From Candidatus Moraniibacteriota bacterium (lineage in GTDB: Bacteria > Patescibacteriota > Minisyncoccia > Moranbacterales > UBA1568), in assembly GCA_963743885.1 (NCBI GenBank), contig CAVURJ010000002.1, positions 109,020 to 173,019 on the forward strand: DNA of 64,000 bases, read 5' to 3'. The translations under genes and the position numbers were made by a program. The notes beneath the pieces were generated by a model. The model searched no databases. It saw nothing but the letters and a program-made list of their open reading frames with translations, and was not told where the DNA came from. Of this stretch, positions 30,379 to 39,689 are shown piece by piece; the first letter of the stretch is position 1; every line of letters starts with the position of its first letter.

Positions 30379-31497
30379 ATGCTTCGTTCCGTCTTCAAGC
30401 TCGATTGGATCCTTCTTTTTTCCGCATCCATCATCCTCGGTGTCGGCCTTTTGGTGTTGTATAGTCTTTCTGTGGGGGCTGGTGCGGATTACTTCCTGAA
30501 ACAGCTCATCTTTTCCGTAGTAGGCATCGCGGCTATGGCGTTCGTAGCGACGCTCGATTATCGCCATATAGCCAAGCACAGTACGGCGCTGTATTTCGGT
30601 ACGATCCTTGTGCTCACGTTCGTGCTGCTCTTTGGTAAGACGGTCAATGGTACCGCGGGCTGGCTTTCGGTCGGTATCTTTCAGGTGCAGCCAGTCGAGA
30701 TTGCCAAGCTCACACTCATCATCTTCCTTGCGAGCTTCATCACAGAGAAGAAGTCAGAGCTCGGCGAATGGACGCGCGTCATCGCGTCGCTCGTGCTTTC
30801 CGCTGCGCTCATTCTCCTGGTGCTCAAGCAGCCGGATCTTGGGTCGAGCCTGGTGCTCGCTGCCATCTGGGCGGGGATGATTCTTGCGTCCGGTCTTAGG
30901 CTCCGGCATCTCATCGTGCTCGGCATGCTCGGGACGCTCCTGGCGGCTGGCGGGTGGTTTACGCTGGCTGATTATCAGAAGGATCGCATCGATACGTTCC
31001 TCCATCCGGAGCGAGACCCACGCGGTTCAGGCTACAATGTGCTCCAGGCTATGGTCGCTGTCGGGTCGGGTGGGCTGACTGGCAAGGGGATAGGGCATGG
31101 CTCGCAGTCGCAGCTCAACTTCCTGCCGGAAAAGCATACAGACTTCATCTTCGCTGTGGTCTCGGAAGAGCTCGGATTGATCGGCGCCTGGCTGGTCGTC
31201 GGGGCGTATGCTGTGTTGCTCTTTCGGGTCAAGCGGATTGGCGATACCGCGAGCGATAACTTCGGCTATCTAGTGGCGGTCGGGGCATCGGTCATGCTGT
31301 CCGCTCAGATTGCCGTGAATCTCGGCATGAACGTCGGCTTGGTACCGGTCACGGGACTGCCGGCGCCGCTCCTTTCGTACGGGGGCAGCTCACTCCTTTC
31401 GATATTTCTCGCTCTCGGACTGCTTTTGTCAGTTTATAGGCGGAAAAAGGGCACGGAAGATATGCGGATTTCGCTTACCAGGAGTTCGCTTGAATAG
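30379..31497 (+). CDS. rodA: Rod shape-determining protein RodA (SEDS)
   Basis: QPVEIAK, QPDLGS, GSGYNVLQAMVAVGSGG, FLPEKHTDFIF, SYGGSS. Confidence 0.93.
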   Translation: MLRSVFKLDWILLFSASIILGVGLLVLYSLSVGAGADYFLKQLIFSVVGIAAMAFVATLDYRHIAKHSTALYFGTILVLTFVLLFGKTVNGTAGWLSVGIFQVQPVEIAKLTLIIFLASFITEKKSELGEWTRVIASLVLSAALILLVLKQPDLGSSLVLAAIWAGMILASGLRLRHLIVLGMLGTLLAAGGWFTLADYQKDRIDTFLHPERDPRGSGYNVLQAMVAVGSGGLTGKGIGHGSQSQLNFLPEKHTDFIFAVVSEELGLIGAWLVVGAYAVLLFRVKRIGDTASDNFGYLVAVGASVMLSAQIAVNLGMNVGLVPVTGLPAPLLSYGGSSLLSIFLALGLLLSVYRRKKGTEDMRISLTRSSLE

Positions 31498-31530
31498 CAA
31501 TGAGAATCATGTCGTAATATATGTTTTTCG

Positions 31531-31559
31531 TTGACGGTAGAGTGTTTCCTTGCTAGACT
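31531..31559 (+). promoter_or_regulatory. Sigma70 promoter for secG
   Basis: TTGACG-17nt-TAGACT with extended -10 TG. Confidence 0.5.
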
Positions 31560-31604
31560 ATAAGGGCTTCAAAAAGCCTTTTCCTTTTTTTGAATCCAGA
31601 AATT

Positions 31605-31832
31605 ATGCGCTCATTGCTTATCGCTCAGGCGGTCGTCGCCGTGCTGCTCATGGTCTCCATACTGCTCCAGAATCGTGGGTCCGGTTTGGGGAGCGCCTTC
31701 GGATCGGATTTCGGCGGCTATTACACCAAGCGAGGACTCGAGAAGTTCTTTCTCTACGCGACTATCGTGCTCGCAGTCGTTTTTATTGGTCTCGCGATAG
31801 CCAATGTCCGTCTGACCGCTCTCGGCGCCTAG
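31605..31832 (+). CDS. secG: Preprotein translocase subunit SecG
   Basis: ILLQNRGSGLGSAFG...TKRGLEK, two TMs. Confidence 0.92.
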   Translation: MRSLLIAQAVVAVLLMVSILLQNRGSGLGSAFGSDFGGYYTKRGLEKFFLYATIVLAVVFIGLAIANVRLTALGA

Positions 31833-31903
31833 CCAGGCACGCGCGTGATAATTCCTAAAGTACGTCTATTACTACCAAGATTACCGATATCCTGAAGGGC
31901 GGT

Positions 31904-33568
31904 ATGCTCTGGAGAGTTTTCTTTGCGCTTCGTCTGCGCGACCGGATTCTCGTCTCTTTCTTCCTCGTTGCCGGACTCTCGGCGCTTCTTTTCTGGTTCG
32001 GAGCGATCTATGTGGCATCGACGAAGGTGATTCCAGAGGTGGGCGGGGAGTATATCGAGGGTGTCGCCGCGCAGCCGCGCTACATCAATCCGATTATCTC
32101 GCAGACCAGTTCGGCTGATGCTGATATCGTCGAGCTCGTGTATAGTGGCCTCTTCAGCTGCAGTCCGTCCGGACCGGTTGAAAAGCGCTTGGCTGCTGAT
32201 TATAGCCTTTCGGAAGACGGCAAGATCTATACCGTCCACCTCGTGCAAGGGGCCAAGTGGCACGATGGCGAAGAGGTGACGGCCGAGGACGTGCTTTTCA
32301 CTGTGCGCGCTATCCAAGATCCGGCTTACAAGAGTCCGCTCCGTCCTAACTGGCTTTCGGTGGAGGCATCTGCTCCGGACCGCTACACGGTCATCTTCGA
32401 GCTCAAGAAGCCGTACGCTGGATTCCTCCAGAATCTGACGGTTGGTATCTTGCCGAAGCATATCTGGGAGACGATTGCTCCGGAGAATTTCTTCTTGGCT
32501 GATTACAATCTCGCTCCAGTCGGCTCCGGCCCGTACCGGTTCTTCGATTCCGAGAAGGATTCGAACGGCAATATCCTTTCGTATGAGCTCCGCTCCTTCG
32601 AGCAGTATTTCGCCGGCGCTCCGTATATCACTTCTTTTATCCTCCATTTCTATCCTGATGAGGAGTCGCTCATCGACGCGTACAGCCGCAAGGAAGTGAT
32701 GGGCATGAGTATGGTTTCCCCGAACGCTCTGACGCGTCTCGAGGAACGCAAGAGTACGCATGTCTATGAGGCCTCCGTGCCGCGTCTCTTCTCAGTGTTT
32801 CTCAATCCGGTCAAGAGTGTGCCGCTCGCGAACCGCGAGGTGCGCGAGGCGCTGTCGCTCGCGACTGATCGGCAGGCGATCATCGACGAGGTTCTTGCTG
32901 GCAAGGGACAGGCGGCTATCTCTCCGATCCTGCCGTTCATGACGGGCTATGCCGAGGGTATCGGGCAGCCGAGTCTCGATATCGCCCGCGCGGAGGCACT
33001 CCTTGATGAGAAAGGGTGGAAGAAGGGCGATGATGGAGTGCGTGCGAAAGACGGTGTCCGGATCGAATTCCAGTTGACCGTGCCGGATTGGCCCGATCTT
33101 GTGAAGACAGTGGACATGCTCAAGTCCCAGTGGGAGCGCATCGGTGCCCAGGTGACGGTCGCGCCGCAGAGTGTTGCGGATCTCCAGCAGAATTCCATTC
33201 GCCCGCGCGAGTACCAGGCGCTTCTCTTCGGCCAGGTATCGCTTCTCGATTCTGACCCGTATTCCTTCTGGCATTCGAGCCAGAAGCAGGATGGCCTCAA
33301 TCTCGCCATGTTTGATGACAAGGATGCCGACGATATCCTGGCGGCGCTCCGCGAGGAGGCTGATCCTTCGAAGCGGCTCGAGAAGTACCGCGCTTTCCAG
33401 GAGATTATCGCTCGGGAAAACCCGGCCATCTTCCTCTATAGCCCGGCGTATCTTTATGTCGTGAGCAACGCGGTCAAAGGGATCGATGTTCATGCGCTCG
33501 ATGGTCCGGACTGCCGTCTCGGCGGCGTGAAAAACTGGTATATCGATACCGAGCGGGTGCGGAAATAG
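31904..33568 (+). CDS. ABC transporter substrate-binding protein, family 5 (OppA/DppA-like)
   Basis: LAADYSLSEDGKIYT, KWHDGEEVTAEDVLFT, PVGSGPY, VREALSLA motifs. Confidence 0.9.
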   Translation: MLWRVFFALRLRDRILVSFFLVAGLSALLFWFGAIYVASTKVIPEVGGEYIEGVAAQPRYINPIISQTSSADADIVELVYSGLFSCSPSGPVEKRLAADYSLSEDGKIYTVHLVQGAKWHDGEEVTAEDVLFTVRAIQDPAYKSPLRPNWLSVEASAPDRYTVIFELKKPYAGFLQNLTVGILPKHIWETIAPENFFLADYNLAPVGSGPYRFFDSEKDSNGNILSYELRSFEQYFAGAPYITSFILHFYPDEESLIDAYSRKEVMGMSMVSPNALTRLEERKSTHVYEASVPRLFSVFLNPVKSVPLANREVREALSLATDRQAIIDEVLAGKGQAAISPILPFMTGYAEGIGQPSLDIARAEALLDEKGWKKGDDGVRAKDGVRIEFQLTVPDWPDLVKTVDMLKSQWERIGAQVTVAPQSVADLQQNSIRPREYQALLFGQVSLLDSDPYSFWHSSQKQDGLNLAMFDDKDADDILAALREEADPSKRLEKYRAFQEIIARENPAIFLYSPAYLYVVSNAVKGIDVHALDGPDCRLGGVKNWYIDTERVRK

Positions 33569-33675
33569 TATTTTGTATCTGGTATTATGTATTGTGTATG
33601 AATGCATAATACGCAATACTTGAGATGCGTTGACTTATTTTTGATAGTCTAATAAGAAATATCAAAGTGCGAAAT

Positions 33676-34698
33676 ATGGATAATTCTCTTGATAAATCAA
33701 ACTTTCGTCAGATGATCATTAGTGCGCCGGATCAGTTCGCAGAAGGTATGCGATTGGCAGACGGAATTCGTGTTGAAGGGGATTTCGACAAGATTATGAT
33801 CTCCGGCATGGGTGGATCGGCGCTGCCGGGCAATCTGTTCCGCATCTATCTCAATGATCTTTTTAAGAGAGGGGAGAAGAAGCCGCTTGGTGTCTTCCAG
33901 AACCGTTTCTATGGCCTGCCACCGGAAGCGCATGACCGCTGCCTCAATTTCATCTGCTCATATTCTGGGAATACGGAAGAGACGATCGCCTCGTTTGAAG
34001 AAGCGCTTGCAGCTGGATTGCCGTGCATCGGACTTTCAGCTGGCGGTAAGGTAGAATCCATGTGCCAGGAGCATGGCGTGCCGCATATCAAGTTGCCGCT
34101 CCCGACGCCGGAGTTCCAGCCGCGCGCCGGTACGGGCTATTTTTTCGGTGCTCTGTTTCAGGTGCTTATCAATCAGCAATTGGTACCGGACGCATCGGAT
34201 GAGCTTCGGTCGCTGGCCGAGAAGCTCAAGCAGTCATTCCCCGCTATCGAGGAACAAGGGAAGGCGCTCGCGAAGAAACTCGTCGGCAGGACCCCGGTCA
34301 TCTACGCGTCGACCAAGTACAAGTCGGTTGCCATGGTTTGGAAGATCAAGCTCAACGAAAATGCTAAGACGCCAGCGTTCTGGAATTTCTTCCCGGAGCT
34401 CAACCATAACGAGATGGTTGGCTGGACGCTTCCGCAGGGGAAATTTGCAGTCATCATGCTCCGCGATCCGGAAGATCATCCGAGGAATCAGAAGCGTTTC
34501 GAAATCACGGCCAGTCTGCTCCGCGAGAAGGGTGTAGAGGTCGAGCTAATCGATATGGCTGGCGGAGACGTCTTTTCGAAGATTTTCATGTCAATCGCAC
34601 TTGGTGATTTCGCTTCGTATCATCTCGCGCTCGAATATGGGCAGGATCCGACGCCGGTTGATATGGTAGAGGAACTTAAGAGGCTTCTTGTTGCGTAG
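33676..34698 (+). CDS. Bifunctional phosphoglucose/phosphomannose isomerase (SIS)
   Basis: GMGGS, SYSGNTEET, NENAK, PELNHNE motifs. Confidence 0.9.
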   Translation: MDNSLDKSNFRQMIISAPDQFAEGMRLADGIRVEGDFDKIMISGMGGSALPGNLFRIYLNDLFKRGEKKPLGVFQNRFYGLPPEAHDRCLNFICSYSGNTEETIASFEEALAAGLPCIGLSAGGKVESMCQEHGVPHIKLPLPTPEFQPRAGTGYFFGALFQVLINQQLVPDASDELRSLAEKLKQSFPAIEEQGKALAKKLVGRTPVIYASTKYKSVAMVWKIKLNENAKTPAFWNFFPELNHNEMVGWTLPQGKFAVIMLRDPEDHPRNQKRFEITASLLREKGVEVELIDMAGGDVFSKIFMSIALGDFASYHLALEYGQDPTPVDMVEELKRLLVA

Positions 34699-34702
34699 TC
34701 GG

Positions 34703-34841
34703 GTATGCCCGGTGGCACAACTTCAGCCGAGCATTCCGGATGGTTTCAGAAGAGGAAGAGGAAAGTAGGATAAATAATATTAAACTTAGCATTTAGCAAC
34801 ATTTCTTTAGAAGAATTGCTGAAGTTGTTCTACCGGGTATG
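34703..34841. repeat. MITE-like element family B, copy 2; its right end supplies the manC ATG
   Basis: TATGCCCGGTGGCACAACTTCAGC / GCTGAAGTTGTTCTACCGGGTATG, 20/24 inverted match. Confidence 0.65.
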
Positions 34842-35912
34842 TACAGTGTCATCCTCTGCGGCGGCTCCGGGACGCGGCTGTGGCCGCTCTCGCGTCGCAA
34901 TTTTCCGAAGCAATTCCTCCGTCTCTATAGTGAGCACTCGCTTCTTCAGGAGACATATCTCCGCATGCGCAAGCTCATGCCGATGGAGCGAATCCTTTTC
35001 GTGACGAACAAGGAGGGATATCCGAATGTGCTTGAGCAAATCAAATCCGTCGATGAGGCATTCGATGCGCGCCAGGTAATCATCGAACCGAAGAGTCTCA
35101 ATACAGCGCCAGCGATGGCATGCGCGGTCGAATATCTCGTTTCGGAAATGGGGGCTAGCCAGGATGAAAAAGTTTTATTCCTCCCGTCTGATCATTATAT
35201 CGGGAATGTCGAAGGATATCTCGCGCTTCTTAAGCGTGCTTTTGAGAGCGTTGGAGACCGGGTCGGAACGATTGGTATCCAAGCGGTGAAGCCGGAGACT
35301 GGCTATGGCTATATCAAGAAGGGTGAGGCCGAGGAGGCGTACTATGCGGCTGCGCAGTTCTGCGAGAAGCCGGACCGGGAGACCGCGGAGCGTTATATTG
35401 CTTCTGGGGAATATGTTTGGAATTCCGGCATGTACCTCCTGTCTATCGGGACATTTTTCGCTGAAATGTCGGCATATGCGTCGGAGATTGCTTCGCGGAT
35501 GCAGGGCGGCTGGGAGAAGTTTGTCGAGCATTTTGATAGTTTGCCATCGATATCATTCGATTATGCTGTGTCTGAAAAGTCAGATCGGGTCGTTATCTAT
35601 GAGGGCGATTTCGGATGGAGCGATATCGGTTCTTTTGATAGTCTGGCTGAGATAGCCGGAGGTGGCCCGCTTGCGACGGCGCGCCATATCGGTATCGATT
35701 CGAAGAATGTCTTCGCTCATAGTGCGAGCGACCGGCTGATCGCGACCATTGGCGTCGATGATATAGCGGTCATAGAGACGGCTGATAGCATCCTCGTCTG
35801 CCGCAGAGGGAGGGCTGAGGAGGTGAAAAAGATCGTGGAAAAGCTCAAGGAAAGCGGGGCCAAGGAAGTGGAGTATGATTTCGGTGATGGGAAGGAAAAT
35901 GCGGCTTTATAG
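34839..35912 (+). CDS. manC: Mannose-1-phosphate guanylyltransferase
   Basis: ILCGGSGTRLWPLSR..PKQF, EPKSLNTAPA, PETGYGYI, FCEKP, WNSG, WSDIGS. Confidence 0.93.
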   Translation: MYSVILCGGSGTRLWPLSRRNFPKQFLRLYSEHSLLQETYLRMRKLMPMERILFVTNKEGYPNVLEQIKSVDEAFDARQVIIEPKSLNTAPAMACAVEYLVSEMGASQDEKVLFLPSDHYIGNVEGYLALLKRAFESVGDRVGTIGIQAVKPETGYGYIKKGEAEEAYYAAAQFCEKPDRETAERYIASGEYVWNSGMYLLSIGTFFAEMSAYASEIASRMQGGWEKFVEHFDSLPSISFDYAVSEKSDRVVIYEGDFGWSDIGSFDSLAEIAGGGPLATARHIGIDSKNVFAHSASDRLIATIGVDDIAVIETADSILVCRRGRAEEVKKIVEKLKESGAKEVEYDFGDGKENAAL

Positions 35913-36175
35913 AGCCAATACTCACTATCGCACTTGAAATATTTAGAAAGGTGTGCTAGACTATAAAGGTTGTAGGATCTTCTAGGAATACTCAAGGCTT
36001 TTTTAAGCCATTCTTGTCTTCGTTAAGAGATATTTTCTCCTTCTGCCTTTCGGCAGGAGTAGGCTCTTTTTAGATAATACAATAGAGGCCCTGGTGGCGC
36101 CCTCCAAAGGCGGGCAGGGAATTCCTGTTCATCGGGTCAGTCGGATAAAGTAAGCGTTCTTTTGGGAAAAAATAG

Positions 36176-36259
36176 GCCCTGGTGGCGGAATTGGTAGACG
36201 CACTAGCTTCAGGTGCTAGCGTTCGCAAGGACATGGGAGTTCGAGTCTCCCCTAGGGCA
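36176..36259 (+). tRNA. tRNA-Leu(CAG)
   Basis: Acceptor GCCCTGG/CTAGGGC, anticodon arm CTAGC-TTCAGGT-GCTAG, long variable arm, GTTCGAG; no encoded CCA. Confidence 0.95.
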
Positions 36260-36468
36260 CAACGTTCAGACCGGATTTTCGGTCCTTCTCATGGATGATT
36301 CCGCGAAGTGATTCGTTGGGGTATCTGTGGAGTGAAAGAAGATTTTTGATTGTAGATTCTTGATTCTGGAATAAATCCGGATTTCCGAATTATTGATCAT
36401 AATTTTCGAATCTTCTTCATAAACGTGTAAATCATTTTACTTGTGGGTGCTCAAGCTTTTTTGAAAGC

Positions 36469-38652
36469 GTGAGTGAGCCCGAAATTAAGCGCAGTATGCA
36501 GCAGAATAATTATTCGTCGCGAGACAGCCGCGGGGTTCGTCCTTCGCGCACTCCGTCCGGACAGGGCGGTAGGAATCAGGCAGCCCATAGCGGGAGCCCG
36601 CTTCCAAAAGTAGGAGAGAATACACCAATAGGAGCGTTCGAGGGCATCATCGCCCGCGAGCAGGCTTCTCGTGTGTATCCAAAGGTCGTGGGCCAGTCCC
36701 AGCCGGTCGGACGCAAACCAGCGGGCTCTCCGTCGGAGCAGCAGCCAGCCGGACAGAAACGCGGCGGCCGCAATCGCAGCCGTAAGCCGGGCCAGGGCGG
36801 TTACGATCAGGTCAAGCCTGACCAGCAAAAGCCGGTCGGGCAGAAGTCAGTCGGACAGAAACCGGCAGGGCAGAAGCGGGGCGGCGGACGCCGTGACCGC
36901 GGACGTGGTTTTCAGGCCGATCCTCCTTTCATGAAGAATCGTGAGGGTGGCAATGTGCCTCCGATCGAAGCCGGGAAGCTCCGGATTATTCCTCTTGGCG
37001 GCCAGGAAGAAGTCGGTCGCAATATGACCGTTTTCGAATACGGCCAGGACATTGTCATCATCGACATGGGCGTGCAGTTCCCGGAGGAAGACATGCCGGG
37101 CATCGACTACATCATCCCGAATGTTGACTATCTCAAGGGCAAGGAGAAAAATATCCGCGCCGTACTCTTCACGCATGGTCATCTCGACCATATCGGCGCC
37201 GCACCGATACTCCTGAAGCAGCTCAACTATCCGACCATCGTCGGCCGCGACTTCACGCTCGCTTTGGTGCAGCGGAAAGTCGAGGACCAGGACAAGGGCG
37301 CGAGCAAGGGCCTCAAGATGATCCGTGTGAAGTCGCTCGAGGATTGTATGCGTTTCGGCGCTTTTGAAGTCCGCTTCTTCGAGGTGGAGCACTCCATCAT
37401 GGACGCTATGGGCATCGCGCTCGTGACACCGAATGGTTCTATCATTCATCTCGGCGATTGGACTATCACCAACGAGCCGGTCAATCCGGAGTCGAGTGAT
37501 ATCACGTACGGTCATCTCGGTGATCTGCCGAAGCCGACCATCCTCATGCTTGAGAGCCTCGGGGCGACCAAGAAGGGGATGCCACCGTCGGAGACCGAGG
37601 TACATACCAATCTTCAGAACCTCATCCGCACCGCGCCGGGCCGCATCATCATCGGGACGTTCGCGTCTCAGGTGCGCCGCATCACGTATCTTATCGAGTA
37701 CGCGGAGCGTCTCGGCAAGCGTGTGGCACTCGAGGGCTACAGCATGAAGATGAACGTCGAAGTCGCCAAAGAGCTCGGCTATATCAAGGTCAAGAAGGAT
37801 ACACTCATCACGGTGAACGACATCCACAAGTATCCAGACAACCAGGTTGTCATCATTTGTACTGGGGCTCAGGGCGAGTCCAACGCGGCGCTCACGCGCA
37901 TCGTGACGGACAACCACCGCTTTATCAAGCTGCAGAAGAACGACACGATCGTCTTCTCGAGCTCGGTGATTCCAGGCAACGAACGCTCTATCCAGCGGCT
38001 CAAGGACAACCTCTATCGCAAGTGCGATAACGTCATCCATAGCGACATCATGGAGATCCATATCGGCGGACACGGCACTATCTGGGAGATGGAAGAAATC
38101 ATCCGCCAGGTGAAGCCGACCTATGTCATGCCGGTCTATGCTAACCACTACTTCCTCGTCGAAGCGGGCAAGATCGCCGAGCGACTCGGGTATCCTCCGA
38201 AAAACGTCTTCGTGCTCGACAACGGCCATATTCTTGAAGTGCCGGAGAAGGACGGCGGTATGCCGGCTATCCGCAAGGAGAAGGCAGACTCGAACTATAT
38301 CTTCGTGGACGGTCTCGGCATCGGCGATATCGGGCACGTGGTGCTCCGCGACCGCCAGATGCTCGCGCAGGATGGCATGGTCGTCATCACAGTCATCGTG
38401 AACGGCAAGACCAAGAACGTCGTCGGCAACATCCAGATCACGTCGCGTGGCTTCATCCATGTCAAGGAGAACTTCGACCTAGTGAATGAAACCAAGCGTA
38501 AGGTGCAGAAGGTCGTGAAGGACAATACGTCCAAGGACATGTCCCTTGACTGGGATACGGTACGCAATGAGATCCGCGATGTCGTGGGGCAGTACCTCTT
38601 CCAGAAGACTGAACGCCGGCCGATGATCCTTCCGGTGGTTATAGAAGTCTAA
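36469..38652 (+). CDS. rnj: Ribonuclease J with long disordered N-terminal extension (start uncertain)
   Basis: IIPLGGQEEVGRNM, THGHLDHIG, TGAQGE, IPGNE, RRPMILPVVIEV. Confidence 0.95.
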   Translation: MSEPEIKRSMQQNNYSSRDSRGVRPSRTPSGQGGRNQAAHSGSPLPKVGENTPIGAFEGIIAREQASRVYPKVVGQSQPVGRKPAGSPSEQQPAGQKRGGRNRSRKPGQGGYDQVKPDQQKPVGQKSVGQKPAGQKRGGGRRDRGRGFQADPPFMKNREGGNVPPIEAGKLRIIPLGGQEEVGRNMTVFEYGQDIVIIDMGVQFPEEDMPGIDYIIPNVDYLKGKEKNIRAVLFTHGHLDHIGAAPILLKQLNYPTIVGRDFTLALVQRKVEDQDKGASKGLKMIRVKSLEDCMRFGAFEVRFFEVEHSIMDAMGIALVTPNGSIIHLGDWTITNEPVNPESSDITYGHLGDLPKPTILMLESLGATKKGMPPSETEVHTNLQNLIRTAPGRIIIGTFASQVRRITYLIEYAERLGKRVALEGYSMKMNVEVAKELGYIKVKKDTLITVNDIHKYPDNQVVIICTGAQGESNAALTRIVTDNHRFIKLQKNDTIVFSSSVIPGNERSIQRLKDNLYRKCDNVIHSDIMEIHIGGHGTIWEMEEIIRQVKPTYVMPVYANHYFLVEAGKIAERLGYPPKNVFVLDNGHILEVPEKDGGMPAIRKEKADSNYIFVDGLGIGDIGHVVLRDRQMLAQDGMVVITVIVNGKTKNVVGNIQITSRGFIHVKENFDLVNETKRKVQKVVKDNTSKDMSLDWDTVRNEIRDVVGQYLFQKTERRPMILPVVIEV

Positions 38653-38700
38653 GGAAGGTTCAGTTGCCCGGTTTTCGGGTTAACGCGTTCACGCGTTGAG

Positions 38701-38740
38701 AAAACTCCCCATCCGCCAGTTGGTGGATGGGAGTTTTTTT
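38701..38740 (+). terminator. Terminator after rnj
   Basis: CCCATCCGCCA-GT-TGGTGGATGGG hairpin plus T7. Confidence 0.65.
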
Positions 38741-38783
38741 GTTTTAAATGTGTTTTATATAAGCCATAAATTACATTCTGGCA

Positions 38784-38812
38784 TTGACAGGATCTGTAAA
38801 AAAGAGTATAAT
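38784..38812 (+). promoter_or_regulatory. Consensus sigma70 promoter
   Basis: TTGACA-17nt-TATAAT. Confidence 0.75.
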
Positions 38813-38942
38813 GTATTGTTATTTAAAAATATGACCAGGAAGGAATTTTCTGCACCTCGGTATCTAATATAGGGAGGCAGAAACATTCCTTCTCGGTCTG
38901 AAATCCGAGTTTTCCCACGCATCCTTTCGAAGGAGAAACGTC

Positions 38943-39542
38943 ATGCATGTCACACTGAATCCGAAGGCAGTGGAGTTTCCGGGGCTGCCCGCGTCCGCAT
39001 CTCGCGTCGACAATTCCCATCTCTTCTGGAGGCCCGCGATGATTCTCGCCAAGGGCGAAATTGATGCCCTGAGCAATCACTCCGACCTCTCCGAGATGGA
39101 ACAGCGCCGGGCGAAGAAAGAGATCGCCCGTAAGCAGACCGATGGCCTGCTCGGCATTCTCCGGGGCGGTGCCGTCACGAGCTACTTCGTCAAGATTGAC
39201 TTGGCGATGGACATCCTGTTCTTCATCGGTCTGACGATGGAACGCTACCTGGAGATCCGGCCCATCATTGTTGGCTTCTGCGGCGACGAAGCGGGCAATC
39301 TTCCCGAGAAGATCTTCCGTCGTCTGGCTACGCTCGATGAGCGCGACGCTGCGTATCACAACAAGCGGACCAGCCAGCCGCCACGTCATGACGGCGGCCT
39401 GCAGCGGGTCGGCAAGACCGCTCGTGACCACCAGCCGCGGAGTGAGCGTCATCCCACTGGTCGTGGCGCTATCAGCGGCCCGGCCAAAGGAGCCACCCAC
39501 AATATCGCTCCGAAGTCTGGAAGCAAGAAGGGGAAGAAGTGA
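38943..39542 (+). CDS. Hypothetical protein with basic disordered tail
   Basis: 199 aa, AAGGAG RBS, consensus promoter upstream. Confidence 0.7.
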   Translation: MHVTLNPKAVEFPGLPASASRVDNSHLFWRPAMILAKGEIDALSNHSDLSEMEQRRAKKEIARKQTDGLLGILRGGAVTSYFVKIDLAMDILFFIGLTMERYLEIRPIIVGFCGDEAGNLPEKIFRRLATLDERDAAYHNKRTSQPPRHDGGLQRVGKTARDHQPRSERHPTGRGAISGPAKGATHNIAPKSGSKKGKK

Positions 39543-39689
39543 TTTCCAACTCCGTTGCGGTCTGATGAGAATCTCGCCGTCCGTGACGTGCACCCTGTGT
39601 CTGTATTGAACGGGGTGTTTTCTTTTGTCTAAAAGCGCTTATTTTGGTACACTGAGGGTGTTACTTGTTTTGAATTTCTACTACCGGGT

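Noticed and set aside
36847-38460. 537-aa antisense ORF (likewise 53105..54553, 6593..7594, 50615..51499, 31829..32761)
   Set aside because: Shadows of well-supported genes on the opposite strand, expected from GC3-biased codons; no recognisable motifs
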